Counted from the first letter of the stretch, positions 20,941-31,273 are shown. The stretch: 64,000 nt of DNA from an uncultured Saccharofermentans sp. (GCA_963675845.1 OY776634.1:1431605-1495604); one strand, 5' to 3'. Notes: generated by a model not told the origin, from the letters alone. Numbers and translations are program-made.

Positions 20941-20985
20941 TTGCAATCCCGGGAGTGGTGCCCTGGGATTGCTTTTTTTTATTTC
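20941..20985 (+). terminator. rho-independent terminator (GCAATCCCGGG...CCCTGGGATTGC followed by TTTTTTTT)
   Basis: 11-bp stem with one G.U pair, followed by an 8-T run. It is oriented for the + strand and overlaps the 3' end of the convergent - strand gene. Confidence 0.6.
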
Positions 20986-21887
20986 TGTTTTGGATCTGCT
21001 TCAGACTCAGCGCCTTCATCCGATTTCGAATCGGATTCTTGTGCATCCTCAAGCGCTAAATCCTGTGGCTTCTCATCTGCCGCACCGACATCCAATTCGT
21101 CTTCGACAAGATTGAGTTCCAGGGGGTTAGTCGACTCTAGTGTCACCGGTTCTGTCAACGATCCGGGTTGGATCTTTGGCTGGCTGGCTGTTACGGTAGC
21201 CTGCCGGCGCTTGAGCAGCCAGGACTGGAGCAGGGTTCCGCCGATGGTCAGTACAATTGTTCCGACCAGGATCAGGGCCAAGCCGCCGCCGGACAGTTCT
21301 TCGACGATCTGGTTGATCTCACTGGCTTTCCAGTCAGTCAGCACACCGCCGACACAAAGCGATGTTAAAAACCCGCCGCCAAACGCACTGGCCAGCGCCA
21401 GAAAGCGCTTGACCTGGAGCACGCCGAAGATCATGCCCAGGAACATCGCTGCAATCAGGATATAGAGCAGATAACTTGAGACATCGACGGGGATCAGGCG
21501 CAGTAGCAGGTAGACCAGCAGCACGACGGAAAATCCGCCGGCCAGGGTGGTGCCGAAGCGCGGGAATATCGAGAGCAGCGCTGCCAGCAGGACGCCGATC
21601 AGCAATCCGAAGACCAGCGGGTAGACGGTGTCGGGCAGGACACGTCCGCCCAGCGATAACCCGATGGTGAAGCCGGCCAGCAATCCGGTTATGGCCAGCC
21701 AGAACCGCAGCAGCCGACTGCCCAGGAAGCTGCAGGCCAGTCCAAGCAGTGCGAACAGCATGAAGACGAAACTGTCAAGATACAAATGCGGTGATTCAAA
21801 CAAATTGGCCACCTCCAGCAAATTATTGGTACAATATATGCCTATTGTATCGCGAATCGGCTGGTTGTCACAAGCTATGCCGATCAA
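20979..21887 (-). CDS. polytopic membrane protein with acidic C-terminal tail (hypothetical)
   Basis: Multiple hydrophobic helices. The C-terminus is D/E-rich (...DEKPQDLALEDAQESDSKSDEGAESEADPKQK). The start is uncertain. Confidence 0.5.
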   Translation of the reverse strand: MIGIACDNQPIRDTIGIYCTNNLLEVANLFESPHLYLDSFVFMLFALLGLACSFLGSRLLRFWLAITGLLAGFTIGLSLGGRVLPDTVYPLVFGLLIGVLLAALLSIFPRFGTTLAGGFSVVLLVYLLLRLIPVDVSSYLLYILIAAMFLGMIFGVLQVKRFLALASAFGGGFLTSLCVGGVLTDWKASEINQIVEELSGGGLALILVGTIVLTIGGTLLQSWLLKRRQATVTASQPKIQPGSLTEPVTLESTNPLELNLVEDELDVGAADEKPQDLALEDAQESDSKSDEGAESEADPKQK

Positions 21888-22005
21888 GCGGGTTCATGAA
21901 TTTTTACAAAAGATGGAAAAATGATTGCTTGATGCACCTTCGCGGATCACGCTAAACTTGTTTTTGCAGCGCGGATTTGCGCTGAATACACAATTGGAGG
22001 ATCCC

Positions 22006-23046
22006 ATGAAAAAAACGCTTTCCGTATTGATCATCCTGCTTGGCCTGGCCCTGGTTGTCACAGGCTGCCAGCCTGCTGTAACTTCCATAGCGACTACGAC
22101 GAATGCGACTGAAACGACATCGACTGAAACTGAACTTGAGTTGTTTCCGGTGACGGTTCAAAACGCTAATGGCGAAAATATCCTGATCGACAGCGCACCG
22201 CAGTCGATCATCGTAACCAATGTCTGGGCAGCCGAAATATTGCTCGACATGATTGAAACAGACCGGATCGCCGGCCTGTCAGCCTGGGGAGACAGTGAAG
22301 CTGTTTCCGCGGCAGCTCCCAAAGCGGCCATGGTCGAATCGCGTGTCACCACCGGCGACCCTGAAAGCATTATCGCGCTAAACCCTGACCTGGTCATTAT
22401 TGATACCTTTTCGGATATTGACGGATCACTGACGAAAACGCTGACCGACGCCGGCGCCAAAGTCCTGGCTATGAATTCGCCGACCAATTTTGACCAGATC
22501 AAGTCGGCCATCCTGACCCTGGCCGCTGCCGTCGGTGAAATCGAGACCGGCGAGGCGATGGTGGAAGCGATCGACGAAAAACTGTCCATGGTTGCCGACA
22601 AGACGGCTGACCTGTCGGATGACGAGAAGAAATCCGTCATTTTCTATGACGCAGCGCTGGATATGAACGGCAATGATACCGGTCTGCTCTGTGCCTACGG
22701 CGCCGGATCGCCGTTTGACGCGATCGCTGCAGCTGCGGGTCTGGTCAATGTCTGCGATGCCGTGACCTATAGCCAGATCAGCAAGGAAAAGGTTGTCGCC
22801 GAATGGCAGCCGGACATCCTGATTGTCTCATCGCTGATCTACAACCCTGACTTCACGATTTCAGATGACCAGGGGGAGAACATGATCGGCTCGATCCTGA
22901 CCAACGACCTGCTGCAGACCCTGCCGGCAATCCAGAACAACCAGGTTTTTGCCCTGACCGGAAAATATGCCAGCTCGACATCTCACTACATGGCTCAAGC
23001 TGTTGTTGAACTGGCGCAGAAAGCTTATCCTGAGTTGTTTGAGTAA
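22006..23046 (+). CDS. ABC transporter substrate-binding lipoprotein, iron-siderophore/cobalamin (FecB/BtuF class III) type
   Basis: Start at MKKTLSVLIILLGLALVVTGC (GGAGG RBS, lipobox). Periplasmic binding protein fold hallmarks are present. It is followed by a FecCD permease and ATPase. Confidence 0.85.
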   Translation: MKKTLSVLIILLGLALVVTGCQPAVTSIATTTNATETTSTETELELFPVTVQNANGENILIDSAPQSIIVTNVWAAEILLDMIETDRIAGLSAWGDSEAVSAAAPKAAMVESRVTTGDPESIIALNPDLVIIDTFSDIDGSLTKTLTDAGAKVLAMNSPTNFDQIKSAILTLAAAVGEIETGEAMVEAIDEKLSMVADKTADLSDDEKKSVIFYDAALDMNGNDTGLLCAYGAGSPFDAIAAAAGLVNVCDAVTYSQISKEKVVAEWQPDILIVSSLIYNPDFTISDDQGENMIGSILTNDLLQTLPAIQNNQVFALTGKYASSTSHYMAQAVVELAQKAYPELFE

Positions 23047-23050
23047 ACAG

Positions 23051-24115
23051 ATGGGTGCTGCGACAAGACAACAGCACAAAGCGAGAATCCGGCCCACCAT
23101 GAAGACAATCGTCATGGTGGGTTCAGTTCTGCTTGCGGCAACAATTCTTTTGTCCGTTGCTCTAGGATCGGTCAGTATCAGTCTGAAGGCGATTTTCCTC
23201 GCGATCGGTTCGGTTTTCGGACTTGATGCAAGCGGTCTGGATCCCGCCCAGCGGGTGGTCATCCTGATGATCCGCCTGCCCAGGATTGCCGCTGCCATCT
23301 TCACCGGGTGCGGCCTGGCTGTTTCCGGCACCGTCATGCAGGGCATTTTCAGAAACCCCCTGGCCGAACCCGGAATTCTTGGTGTTTCCGCAGGCGCCAG
23401 CCTCGGCGCTCTGGTCGCCATCTCTCTCGGTGCCGCGGCGTTTTTTGTACTACCGGTCTTCGCGTTTGTTGGTGCCCTGCTGGCAGTTCTGGTTATTCTC
23501 AGCATTTCCCTTGTCGGCGGCCGAACCAAGACCGCCACCCTGATCATGAGCGGGCTGGCCGTCAGTGCGTTCTTTTCGGCGGTCACGTCCCTGACGTTGT
23601 CGCTGTCCAACCAATACCAGGTTACTGCCTATATCTTCTGGACCATGGGCGGCTTGGCCAACCGGCGCTGGGAACATGTCGCGGCTATCCTGGCGCCTGT
23701 TATCCTGACGTTGGCGATCATCCTGATCAAGTCCCGCGACCTGGACATTTTGCTGCTCGGAGATGAAGAGGCTCGCTCGCTGGGCGTGGCACCGGTCCTG
23801 ACACGTTTCGGGATGGTGATCCTGGCTTCGATCTGCACGGCCTCGGTGGTTTCCATGACCGGCCCGATCGGTTTCGTCGGCCTGATCATTCCCCATATCA
23901 TGCGGCTGCTGGTCGGTCCGGCGCACCGGACACTGACGGTTGCCAGCCTGTTCGGCGGAGCGGTCTTCCTGTTGCTTTGCGATCTGGTCACCCGGCTGGT
24001 TGCCTGGCCTGCCGGCATCGAAATTTCCGTTGGTATTGTCACTGCCCTGATCGGCGCACCTTATTTTCTATTCCTGCTCATTCGATCCGCCCGGCGGGGA
24101 GGTGAGCTGTCATGA
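23051..24115 (+). CDS. iron-chelate ABC transporter permease (FecCD family)
   Basis: ~10 TM helices and the FecCD signature region (...GLIIPHIMRLLVGP...). The start is ambiguous (23051 or 23099). Confidence 0.85.
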   Translation: MGAATRQQHKARIRPTMKTIVMVGSVLLAATILLSVALGSVSISLKAIFLAIGSVFGLDASGLDPAQRVVILMIRLPRIAAAIFTGCGLAVSGTVMQGIFRNPLAEPGILGVSAGASLGALVAISLGAAAFFVLPVFAFVGALLAVLVILSISLVGGRTKTATLIMSGLAVSAFFSAVTSLTLSLSNQYQVTAYIFWTMGGLANRRWEHVAAILAPVILTLAIILIKSRDLDILLLGDEEARSLGVAPVLTRFGMVILASICTASVVSMTGPIGFVGLIIPHIMRLLVGPAHRTLTVASLFGGAVFLLLCDLVTRLVAWPAGIEISVGIVTALIGAPYFLFLLIRSARRGGELS

Positions 24116-24924
24116 GCCTTCCTTTTTCGATCAAGACACAGCAGCTTGACCTGGTTTGCGACCAGGCGGGCTTTTCGGTTGAACGGCCGCGGCATGTTGA
24201 TATTCTGAAAAATATCAGCTTTTCTGCCAGCCAGGGCGAGTTTGTCGGCGTGATCGGACCCAACGGGTCCGGCAAGTCAACACTGCTGAGAAATATCGGC
24301 GGCCTGTTGCAGCCTACGACGGGACAGGTCACCCTCAACAGTCAAAATGTCAAGCGGATCGGCGCACGCGGCATGGCTCGGCTCAGCAGCTTCATGCAGC
24401 AGAATACAGCTCTGCCGTTTGCCTTCAGTGCCCTGGATATTGTCCGACTGGGACGACACCCATACCATACACCGTTTTCGCCATTGTCCGCCGAAGATGA
24501 AAAGCTTGTCCGGCAGTGCATGGCAGCTGCCGGCTGTCTGGAGCTGTCCGACCACCTCGTCAATACGTTGTCCGGCGGCGAGCGGCAAAGGGTCATGCTG
24601 GCCAGAATACTCGCTCAGGACACGCCGCTGCTGCTGTTGGATGAGCCAACTGCCAGCCTGGACATCCATCATGCCAATGAGATATTCAGGCTGACGCGTG
24701 AGCTGGCTGACCGCGGTAAGCTGGTGATTGCCGCCATGCATGACCTCAGGGCGGCAGCCAAATACTGCAGCCGCTTGTTGCTGGTCTTCGAGGGAAGTGT
24801 CGTGGCGGATGGCGACCCTGAAGAGGTACTGCATGAAGGCCATGTCACGTATGCCTTTGGCATCCAGGCCAAGACATTCCGCAACCCGATCGGGCAATGG
24901 GACTTTTATGTTGACGACATCTAG
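24112..24924 (+). CDS. iron-chelate ABC transporter ATP-binding protein
   Basis: Walker A ([11 protein letters not shown]), signature (LSGGERQRVMLA) and Walker B (LLLLDEPT). It overlaps the permease stop. Confidence 0.9.
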   Translation: MSLPFSIKTQQLDLVCDQAGFSVERPRHVDILKNISFSASQGEFVGVIGPNGSGKSTLLRNIGGLLQPTTGQVTLNSQNVKRIGARGMARLSSFMQQNTALPFAFSALDIVRLGRHPYHTPFSPLSAEDEKLVRQCMAAAGCLELSDHLVNTLSGGERQRVMLARILAQDTPLLLLDEPTASLDIHHANEIFRLTRELADRGKLVIAAMHDLRAAAKYCSRLLLVFEGSVVADGDPEEVLHEGHVTYAFGIQAKTFRNPIGQWDFYVDDI

Positions 24925-24938
24925 TTTATGATGGTTGC

Positions 24939-26180
24939 ATGAAACCGAACCATTCATGGCAATTGAAAGCATTCAACGAGCTGAAGCCGCAGGACCTGTA
25001 CGGCCTGCTCAAACTGCGCTGCAGCATTTTTGTCGTCGAACAGCATGCCGCGTATCTTGACCTGGACGGTCTGGATCAGTTGGCGCACCATCTCTTTTTA
25101 AGTGATTCAAACGGGCAGGTTATCGCCTGCTGCCGATTACTGCCGCCCGGCACGCTCTATGCGGAGGCTTCGATAGGACGTGTTGCAGTATCGCCTGAGC
25201 ACCGGGGCCAGGGGTTGGGCCATGACATGATGCTGCAGGCGCTTTCACTGCTTGATGAATTATTCGGATCCGTTCCCATCCACATATCCGCTCAGAAATA
25301 CCTGGAAAGGTTCTATGCCAGTCATGGCTTTGAAACGGTCACCGGTGAGTATCTGGAGGATGGCATCGTGCATGTCGGCATGGTCCATGACAGCCATCCG
25401 GAAAATGCCGAAAGCCGTTTGGCCATACGTTATCTGGGACACAGCGCGTTTCTGGTTGAGACCGCGAAGCGCTGTATTCTGTTTGATTATGGAGATCACC
25501 CGGCACGGGCCCAGCATGGCCTGATGCGGGAAGGCGTTTTCAACCCCGCGGAACTTGCAGACAAACCCCTATTCATCCTGTCGTCGCACCAGCACGGGGA
25601 TCACTATTCCAAGACCCTCCACCAGTTCGCGGCAAACCGCGCCGACACCTGGTTTGTGATGGGGCTGGATGAAGCGCCGTCCTGCGCGGAATCGCCATTA
25701 GAAAAAACTTCAACGTCGCTGGCCTGGCCGCACGCGACACTGACCATCGAAGATATGACCATCCATTGCAGCGGATCAACAGACTGCGGCGTATCTTTTC
25801 TGATCGAAATGCCGGAGGCCGTGATCTATCATGGTGGGGATCTGGCGCTTTGGGATGACCAGCCGTATTACCGCAAAGTCTACCGGCAGGAGGTCGGCTG
25901 GCTGACCAGGACGGTAAACAGCAGGCATCTGGCTATTGATCTCGCGTTTCTGCCGGTTTCGACCTCCGACGGATACCAGGAGCAGCCGTTGCTGGAGGGG
26001 CTGGCATACTGGGCAGACAATCTCGGCGCGCGGTACATCGTACCCATGCACGGGCATGGGTACGAGCAGTTGTACAGCCGCTTCGCCGATTGGGCTCAGA
26101 CGCACGGCTTTGGCAGGACGATGGTTTTAGCCAGACCCGGCCAAGCGGCAAGTCTTGATTTGTCTGAGAATATCTTGTAA
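24939..26180 (+). CDS. fusion protein: N-terminal ElaA-like GNAT acetyltransferase + C-terminal MBL-fold metallo-hydrolase
   Basis: The N-terminal ~150 aa resemble ElaA (ELKPQDLYGLLKLRCSIFVVEQ ... RGQGLG). The C-terminal half has the HxHxDH-type motif (LSSHQHGDHY) of MBL-fold proteins. Confidence 0.7.
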   Translation: MKPNHSWQLKAFNELKPQDLYGLLKLRCSIFVVEQHAAYLDLDGLDQLAHHLFLSDSNGQVIACCRLLPPGTLYAEASIGRVAVSPEHRGQGLGHDMMLQALSLLDELFGSVPIHISAQKYLERFYASHGFETVTGEYLEDGIVHVGMVHDSHPENAESRLAIRYLGHSAFLVETAKRCILFDYGDHPARAQHGLMREGVFNPAELADKPLFILSSHQHGDHYSKTLHQFAANRADTWFVMGLDEAPSCAESPLEKTSTSLAWPHATLTIEDMTIHCSGSTDCGVSFLIEMPEAVIYHGGDLALWDDQPYYRKVYRQEVGWLTRTVNSRHLAIDLAFLPVSTSDGYQEQPLLEGLAYWADNLGARYIVPMHGHGYEQLYSRFADWAQTHGFGRTMVLARPGQAASLDLSENIL

Positions 26181-26230
26181 AATATACAAAGTTATACACC
26201 TAACTAATTTCTGAACAAGGGGATAAAGTA

Positions 26231-27640
26231 ATGGCTAAGCATGGAGCGGTCGATATGACAATCGGTCGGCCGTGGGTCTTGATTGTCCGTTTTGCCCTGC
26301 CGCTGCTGCTGGGCAATCTATTGCAGCAGCTATACAATATTGTTGACAGTATCGTTGTCGGCCAGTTTGTCGGAACCACGGCGCTGGCTGCCGTTGGTAC
26401 GGCGTTTCCGATCATCTTTTTGATCATCTCGCTGTTTGTCGGCATCGCGACCGGGGCGACCATCATCATCTCGCAGTATTACGGCGCCAAGGATCAGCGC
26501 CAGGTCAAGAAGACCATCGACACGATATACATCACAATGGCAATCGCATCAGTGGCTATTATCGCCATTGGCATTTTACTCAGCCGCCCGCTGCTGCTGC
26601 TCATCAACACGCCGCCTGAGATTCTGCCGCAGGCTGTGACCTACATGCGGATTTTCTTTGTCGGTACGATCGCGGTGTTCGGGTATAACGTCAACAGCGG
26701 CATCCTCCAGGGTCTGGGCGACAGTCGATCACCGCTGTTCTACCTGATTCTGTCGACAATTATCAATATCGCGCTGGACCTCTTGTTCGTGCTTGGATTC
26801 GGATGGGGTGTTGCGGGCGTCGCACTGGCAACCGTGCTGGCACAGCTGTTCGCGTTCGTTTTCGGAATCTGGCATATCAACAAGACCCAAACGTTCATCA
26901 AGATATCGCTTAAGAACCTTCAGCCGGACTGGACCATCCTCAAGGATTCAGTGCGTCTCGGTCTGCCGGCTGGCCTGCAGAATATCGCCTTTTCAATCGG
27001 GACCATGGCCTTGCAGCGGTTGATCAATAGCTATAGCCCGGCCTTTATTGCCGGGTTCAACGTCTCGAACAAGATTGATGCGTTTGCCTTTCTGCCGATG
27101 ATGACCTTTTCGATCGCAATCACGACATTCATGGGCCAGAATATTGGTGCTGGCAAAATCGAGCGGGCCAAGCAGGGCGTCAAGGCCACCTTGATCATTG
27201 TCATCATCTTGTGCGCGATCATCTGTCCGCTGATCATCCTGTTTGCCAAGACACTTTTGGCCACGTTCACCAGTGACCCGGCCGTGATCACGGCCGGGCT
27301 GGCCTATTTGAATCGAGTGATGCCGTTTTTTGTCCTGCTGTCCATCCTATTCATTTACTCAGGGGCATTGCGCGGTGCCGGCGAGACCATGATCCCGCTG
27401 CTGTCAGCGATTCTGTCGCTGTGGGTCGGCAGGGTTCCGATCGCTTACTGGCTGGCCAGCTTCAGCCGCGATGACTTGTATTTCAGTTTCCCGATCGGAT
27501 GGCTTGTCGGGCTGCTCATTGTCATACCGTATTACCTGTCTGGCCGGTGGAAGCGAAAAGCCGTTGTCAGCCTGGACCAGTCGAAGAAACAAATAGAAGC
27601 GGATGCCGTCCTGCGATCGGATCTGCAAGACCTGCCATAA
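26231..27640 (+). CDS. MATE family efflux transporter
   Basis: 12 TM helices in two-fold repeat. The N-terminus is typical for MATE (...LLGNLLQQLYNIVDSIVVGQFVG...). Confidence 0.9.
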   Translation: MAKHGAVDMTIGRPWVLIVRFALPLLLGNLLQQLYNIVDSIVVGQFVGTTALAAVGTAFPIIFLIISLFVGIATGATIIISQYYGAKDQRQVKKTIDTIYITMAIASVAIIAIGILLSRPLLLLINTPPEILPQAVTYMRIFFVGTIAVFGYNVNSGILQGLGDSRSPLFYLILSTIINIALDLLFVLGFGWGVAGVALATVLAQLFAFVFGIWHINKTQTFIKISLKNLQPDWTILKDSVRLGLPAGLQNIAFSIGTMALQRLINSYSPAFIAGFNVSNKIDAFAFLPMMTFSIAITTFMGQNIGAGKIERAKQGVKATLIIVIILCAIICPLIILFAKTLLATFTSDPAVITAGLAYLNRVMPFFVLLSILFIYSGALRGAGETMIPLLSAILSLWVGRVPIAYWLASFSRDDLYFSFPIGWLVGLLIVIPYYLSGRWKRKAVVSLDQSKKQIEADAVLRSDLQDLP

Positions 27641-27730
27641 ATCATGCGCGGTGCAGATGATGATCAACTGAATGAGGACTGTGGGCAAACCCCATTCAGC
27701 TGCGTGGGCGCGGGCAACCAGATCATGAAA

Positions 27731-28306
27731 TCACGGTCGGGAAGGCCGCTTGACCTTGCAGCTAACCAGGTGGTCCCAGACCAGGCCGGCGGACTGCATG
27801 AAAGCGTAGCAGATCGTAGACCCGACGAATTTGAATCCGCGCCGGACCAGGTCTTTGCTCAACCGATCTGACAGCTCGGTTTTGGCCGGTATATCCTCTA
27901 GGGCTTCGAAATGGTTGACGATCGGCTGACCGTCCACCCAGGACCAAAGATATTGGTCAAACGACCCGTATTCATCCTGAATTCGGAGAAATGCCTGCGC
28001 ATTGGTTATGGCGGATCGGATTTTCAGCCTGTTTCGGATGATACCGGCGTTATTTAAAAGTTCTGCGATCTTTTCATCGCCGTATTCTGCGACGATTTTC
28101 GGATCAAAGCCATCAAAAGCCTGTCGGAAATTTTCCCGTTTGCGCAGAATCGTCAGCCAGCTCAGGCCGGCTTGCATGCCCTCCAGGACGATCAGCTCAA
28201 ACAGGCGGTTGTCGTCATGCTCCGGCCTACCCCATTCCAGGTCGTGGTAGGCCTGGTAGAGCGGGTCGCCTTGTGCCCAAGGGCAGATGGTCTCTTGTTT
28301 GGCCAT
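27731..28306 (-). CDS. tag: DNA-3-methyladenine glycosylase I
   Basis: CPWAQGDPLYQAYHDLEWGRPEHDDNRLFELIVLEGMQAGLSW. There is a Tag signature and zinc-binding residues. Confidence 0.85.
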   Translation of the reverse strand: MAKQETICPWAQGDPLYQAYHDLEWGRPEHDDNRLFELIVLEGMQAGLSWLTILRKRENFRQAFDGFDPKIVAEYGDEKIAELLNNAGIIRNRLKIRSAITNAQAFLRIQDEYGSFDQYLWSWVDGQPIVNHFEALEDIPAKTELSDRLSKDLVRRGFKFVGSTICYAFMQSAGLVWDHLVSCKVKRPSRP

Positions 28307-28575
28307 AAAATGATCCTCCAGTCCTTCTGATTATACCATCTGACCGCATTGAGTGATTCAAATAACGCAGACAAAAATGGTATAATAGAACCAGGCAAAT
28401 CACAAAGATCAAAACATCTGAATCACCCGCCCTGAAACTGCATAGACTAAACCGACCTTGAGAGCCCTTGAAGTAAAAGTGCATCAGCCGATTTCTGTCA
28501 GGACTTTGAAAACACCTAGCCAAACGACCGGGGGTTGTTTTTGTGCCCCCTCAGCTTGACCAGGAGGACAAAGCA

Positions 28576-29814
28576 ATGGATAAGGATCAAAGAAGACTGC
28601 GGCCTGCAGCCGACAAGCGGTGGCAAATTCTACTGGGTGGTTTTCTGCTCTCGTTAATGGGCGGCATGAGCTATGCCTGGGGATCGTTTGTTGTTCCGCT
28701 GGTTCATCAATGGCAATGGAGCGCAACGGCTGCAACGCTGCCGCTGACTGTACTGATCATCGTCTTTGCGCTCACCATGATCCCGGCCGGATGGCTCCAA
28801 GACCGTTTCGGCCCCCGGAAAGTCGCGATGGCAGGTGCCATATTGTTTGCCATAGGCTATGGCCTGTCATCACTGATTCATTACATTTCATCACCAATCT
28901 GGCTGATCACGACCTATGGCGGAATCGTTGGGGTCGCCTGCGGTCTGACGTATGCCTGCATCGCGCCGACGGCCAGAAAATGGTATGCCGATCGGCCGGG
29001 ATTTGCCGTCTCGACCGCCGTCATGGGATTCGGATTGGCGGCCGTGGTTTTCGCCCCGCTGAAGAAAGTCCTGATCGAACACATCCGGGTGGACGGCACC
29101 CTGTTGGCGCTGGGCGCATTTGTCACCGTTGTCGCGGTGATCGGCGCCCGCCTGCTGAGAACACCTCCGGCCGGCGCTCCAGGTCCAACAGATTCCGGCC
29201 AGCGCCACGACACGGTCGAGAAAACCCTTGACCTGGCTCCGGCTAAATTTGTCAGGATGCCGGAATTCTATTTGCTGTGGCTGGCTCTGGCTGCTGTAAT
29301 CGGGGGTGGCCTGACCGCGATCGGCTTGTTGACCGCCTATGGCGAAATCCACATCCGGCTGTCACCCGGGCAAGCTGCGCTGGCCATCTCCTGCTTCTCG
29401 CTGGTCAACGGCCTCGGCCGTCCGCTCGCCGGCTGGCTGGCTGATCGCTTCGGCGCTCTGCGTGTGATGATCATCTCCTACATTCTGCAGACCGCTGCGT
29501 TCCTGACGCTGCCCTATCTGGCGACGAGTTCGCTGCTGCTATTCGGCTATGCTTTTGTGCTGGGCGCGGGCTACGCGGTCACTTTCGCCTTGTTTCCGGT
29601 TGTTGTCGCGGCCTGGACCGGCACGAAATACCTGGGGCTGAATTACGGCCTGGTCTTCAGTGCCTTTGGCCTGGGGTCGATCACCGGCCTGGCCGGGTCC
29701 TGGCTGTTTGACCGGACGGGATCCTTTACGCCGGCTTTCCTGCTGGCCGGCGCAACAACCCTGCTTGGCCTCATCCTGCTGATCATCCTGAGGATCAAGC
29801 GCGGCGACGTTTAG
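28576..29814 (+). CDS. MFS transporter, oxalate/formate antiporter (OFA)-like
   Basis: Start at MDKDQRRL, after an AGGAGG RBS. 12 TM helices. The N-terminus is typical for OFA family. Confidence 0.8.
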   Translation: MDKDQRRLRPAADKRWQILLGGFLLSLMGGMSYAWGSFVVPLVHQWQWSATAATLPLTVLIIVFALTMIPAGWLQDRFGPRKVAMAGAILFAIGYGLSSLIHYISSPIWLITTYGGIVGVACGLTYACIAPTARKWYADRPGFAVSTAVMGFGLAAVVFAPLKKVLIEHIRVDGTLLALGAFVTVVAVIGARLLRTPPAGAPGPTDSGQRHDTVEKTLDLAPAKFVRMPEFYLLWLALAAVIGGGLTAIGLLTAYGEIHIRLSPGQAALAISCFSLVNGLGRPLAGWLADRFGALRVMIISYILQTAAFLTLPYLATSSLLLFGYAFVLGAGYAVTFALFPVVVAAWTGTKYLGLNYGLVFSAFGLGSITGLAGSWLFDRTGSFTPAFLLAGATTLLGLILLIILRIKRGDV

Positions 29815-29986
29815 CCAGTACAGGTCTGAGCGGGTGCTTTTCAGGCTGCAGGCGCCGATAAACGGCGCTTGCAGCTTTTTGCCGTAAAGATCTAGAGAAC
29901 GCTCTAAGGGTTCGCAAGATAATGCTTGAAGTTCACGTGACCTTAATATATAATGGTATTAACATCAAGAACGAGGAGGTGAAGCC

Positions 29987-30574
29987 ATGTCCATTCAGAG
30001 CTTGCCAGGAACCACCATAGACTTGGATCTGGATAGCGGCCAGGACTGCAAGAAGACATTCGAAGCTGTTTTTGCCGCAACTGGCGGTGTCTTTCTGTCC
30101 CAACTGTCAGAATTGACCGGCATACCGGGACCTGCGATTCAGAACTGGGTCAAGCGGGGCTATGTCTCGCGGCCGCAAGGCAAGCGCTATTCCAAACGGC
30201 AGACCTGCCGGATTATCCTGATCGCCTTGCTTCGGCATACATTGCAGATTGACGATGTAGCGGGGCTGCTCTCGCTGCTTAACAACAACCTGGCTGACGA
30301 ACTCGACGACCTGGTCGATGACACGGACCTGTATCTGGCGTTTTGCGATGTCGTCACCCGACGGATTAAAAGAGATTCCACAGATGACCTGGACCGTCTG
30401 GTTAGCCGCGTTGCGGCGCCGATCGCCCGGAATAATCCGGCTTTTGGTTCAGCAGATCTCGAACGGCTGGAGAAAGTCATCCGGATCATCGTCTTGTCTT
30501 ACGATGCCCACAAGCTGCAGCAGCAGGTTCAGGGGTTGTGGAACAATATGAAAGAAAGGAGGGTCAACGAATGA
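29987..30574 (+). CDS. hypothetical protein (DUF1836-like)
   Basis: A GAGGAGGTG RBS precedes it. 195 aa, soluble. The ...IPGPAIQNWVKRGYVSRPQGKRYSKRQ... segment recalls DUF1836 proteins; recognition is weak. Confidence 0.45.
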   Translation: MSIQSLPGTTIDLDLDSGQDCKKTFEAVFAATGGVFLSQLSELTGIPGPAIQNWVKRGYVSRPQGKRYSKRQTCRIILIALLRHTLQIDDVAGLLSLLNNNLADELDDLVDDTDLYLAFCDVVTRRIKRDSTDDLDRLVSRVAAPIARNNPAFGSADLERLEKVIRIIVLSYDAHKLQQQVQGLWNNMKERRVNE

Positions 30575-31248
30575 TTACTTGGTGGAATGAATTGCAGTTG
30601 ATCCAGCAGATTTTCGCAGTGATTGCTTTGCCGGCAACGGTGATCCTGCTGATCCAGACCGTCATGCTCCTTTTTGGACTTGGCGGTGAAAATGACAGTT
30701 CAGATGCATCTGGAGATGCCGCTTTCGACGCGGATGCAGACAGCGGTTTCGAACTGGATGTCGATTCCGACGTCGATAGTCTGGATCAGGACGGATCCGG
30801 CAATCTGGAGGCTGACGCCGGTGTCAGGATTATCACCATCCGAGGCCTGGTTGCCTTTTTTGCGATCGGCGGCTGGACCGGGGTGGCCTTGATTGACCTT
30901 GGCGCCAGTGATGTCATTGCCAGCCTTGCCGCACTGGCGGCTGGGTTTGTCGCGCTCCTGATGGTCGCCTGGATCATCTGGCTGCTGCTCAGGCTGTCTG
31001 CCAGCGGCAATGTCAACATCGGCAACGCGATCGGTCAGACCGGCACCGTGTATCTGAGGATTCCGGGCGGGTTTTCCGGCAGCGGCAAAGTCACCATCAC
31101 CGTCCAGGGCCGGTCCAGGGAGATTGACGCCCTGACCCGGTATCCGGAAGATCTGGCGACCGGGACGCAAATCCAGGTCACTGAACGCCGCGGCAGCAGT
31201 GTTGTCGTCAAGCCTTTATATCTCAATCCAAAGACCAAACAGAACTGA
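30571..31248 (+). CDS. NfeD-family membrane protein (flotillin-associated)
   Basis: Start at MITWWNE (AGGAGG RBS). It has N-terminal TM helices, an acidic linker and a C-terminal OB-fold-like beta region. It lies immediately upstream of flotillin. Confidence 0.7.
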   Translation: MITWWNELQLIQQIFAVIALPATVILLIQTVMLLFGLGGENDSSDASGDAAFDADADSGFELDVDSDVDSLDQDGSGNLEADAGVRIITIRGLVAFFAIGGWTGVALIDLGASDVIASLAALAAGFVALLMVAWIIWLLLRLSASGNVNIGNAIGQTGTVYLRIPGGFSGSGKVTITVQGRSREIDALTRYPEDLATGTQIQVTERRGSSVVVKPLYLNPKTKQN

Positions 31249-31273
31249 CAGTCAAGAAAGGTAGGTATTATCA

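Noticed and set aside
22861-23610. 249-aa - strand ORF over the SBP/permease junction, and 24277..24972 (231 aa) over the ATPase
   Set aside because: It is antisense to transporter genes with clear motifs. The translations are Arg/Ala-rich noise.
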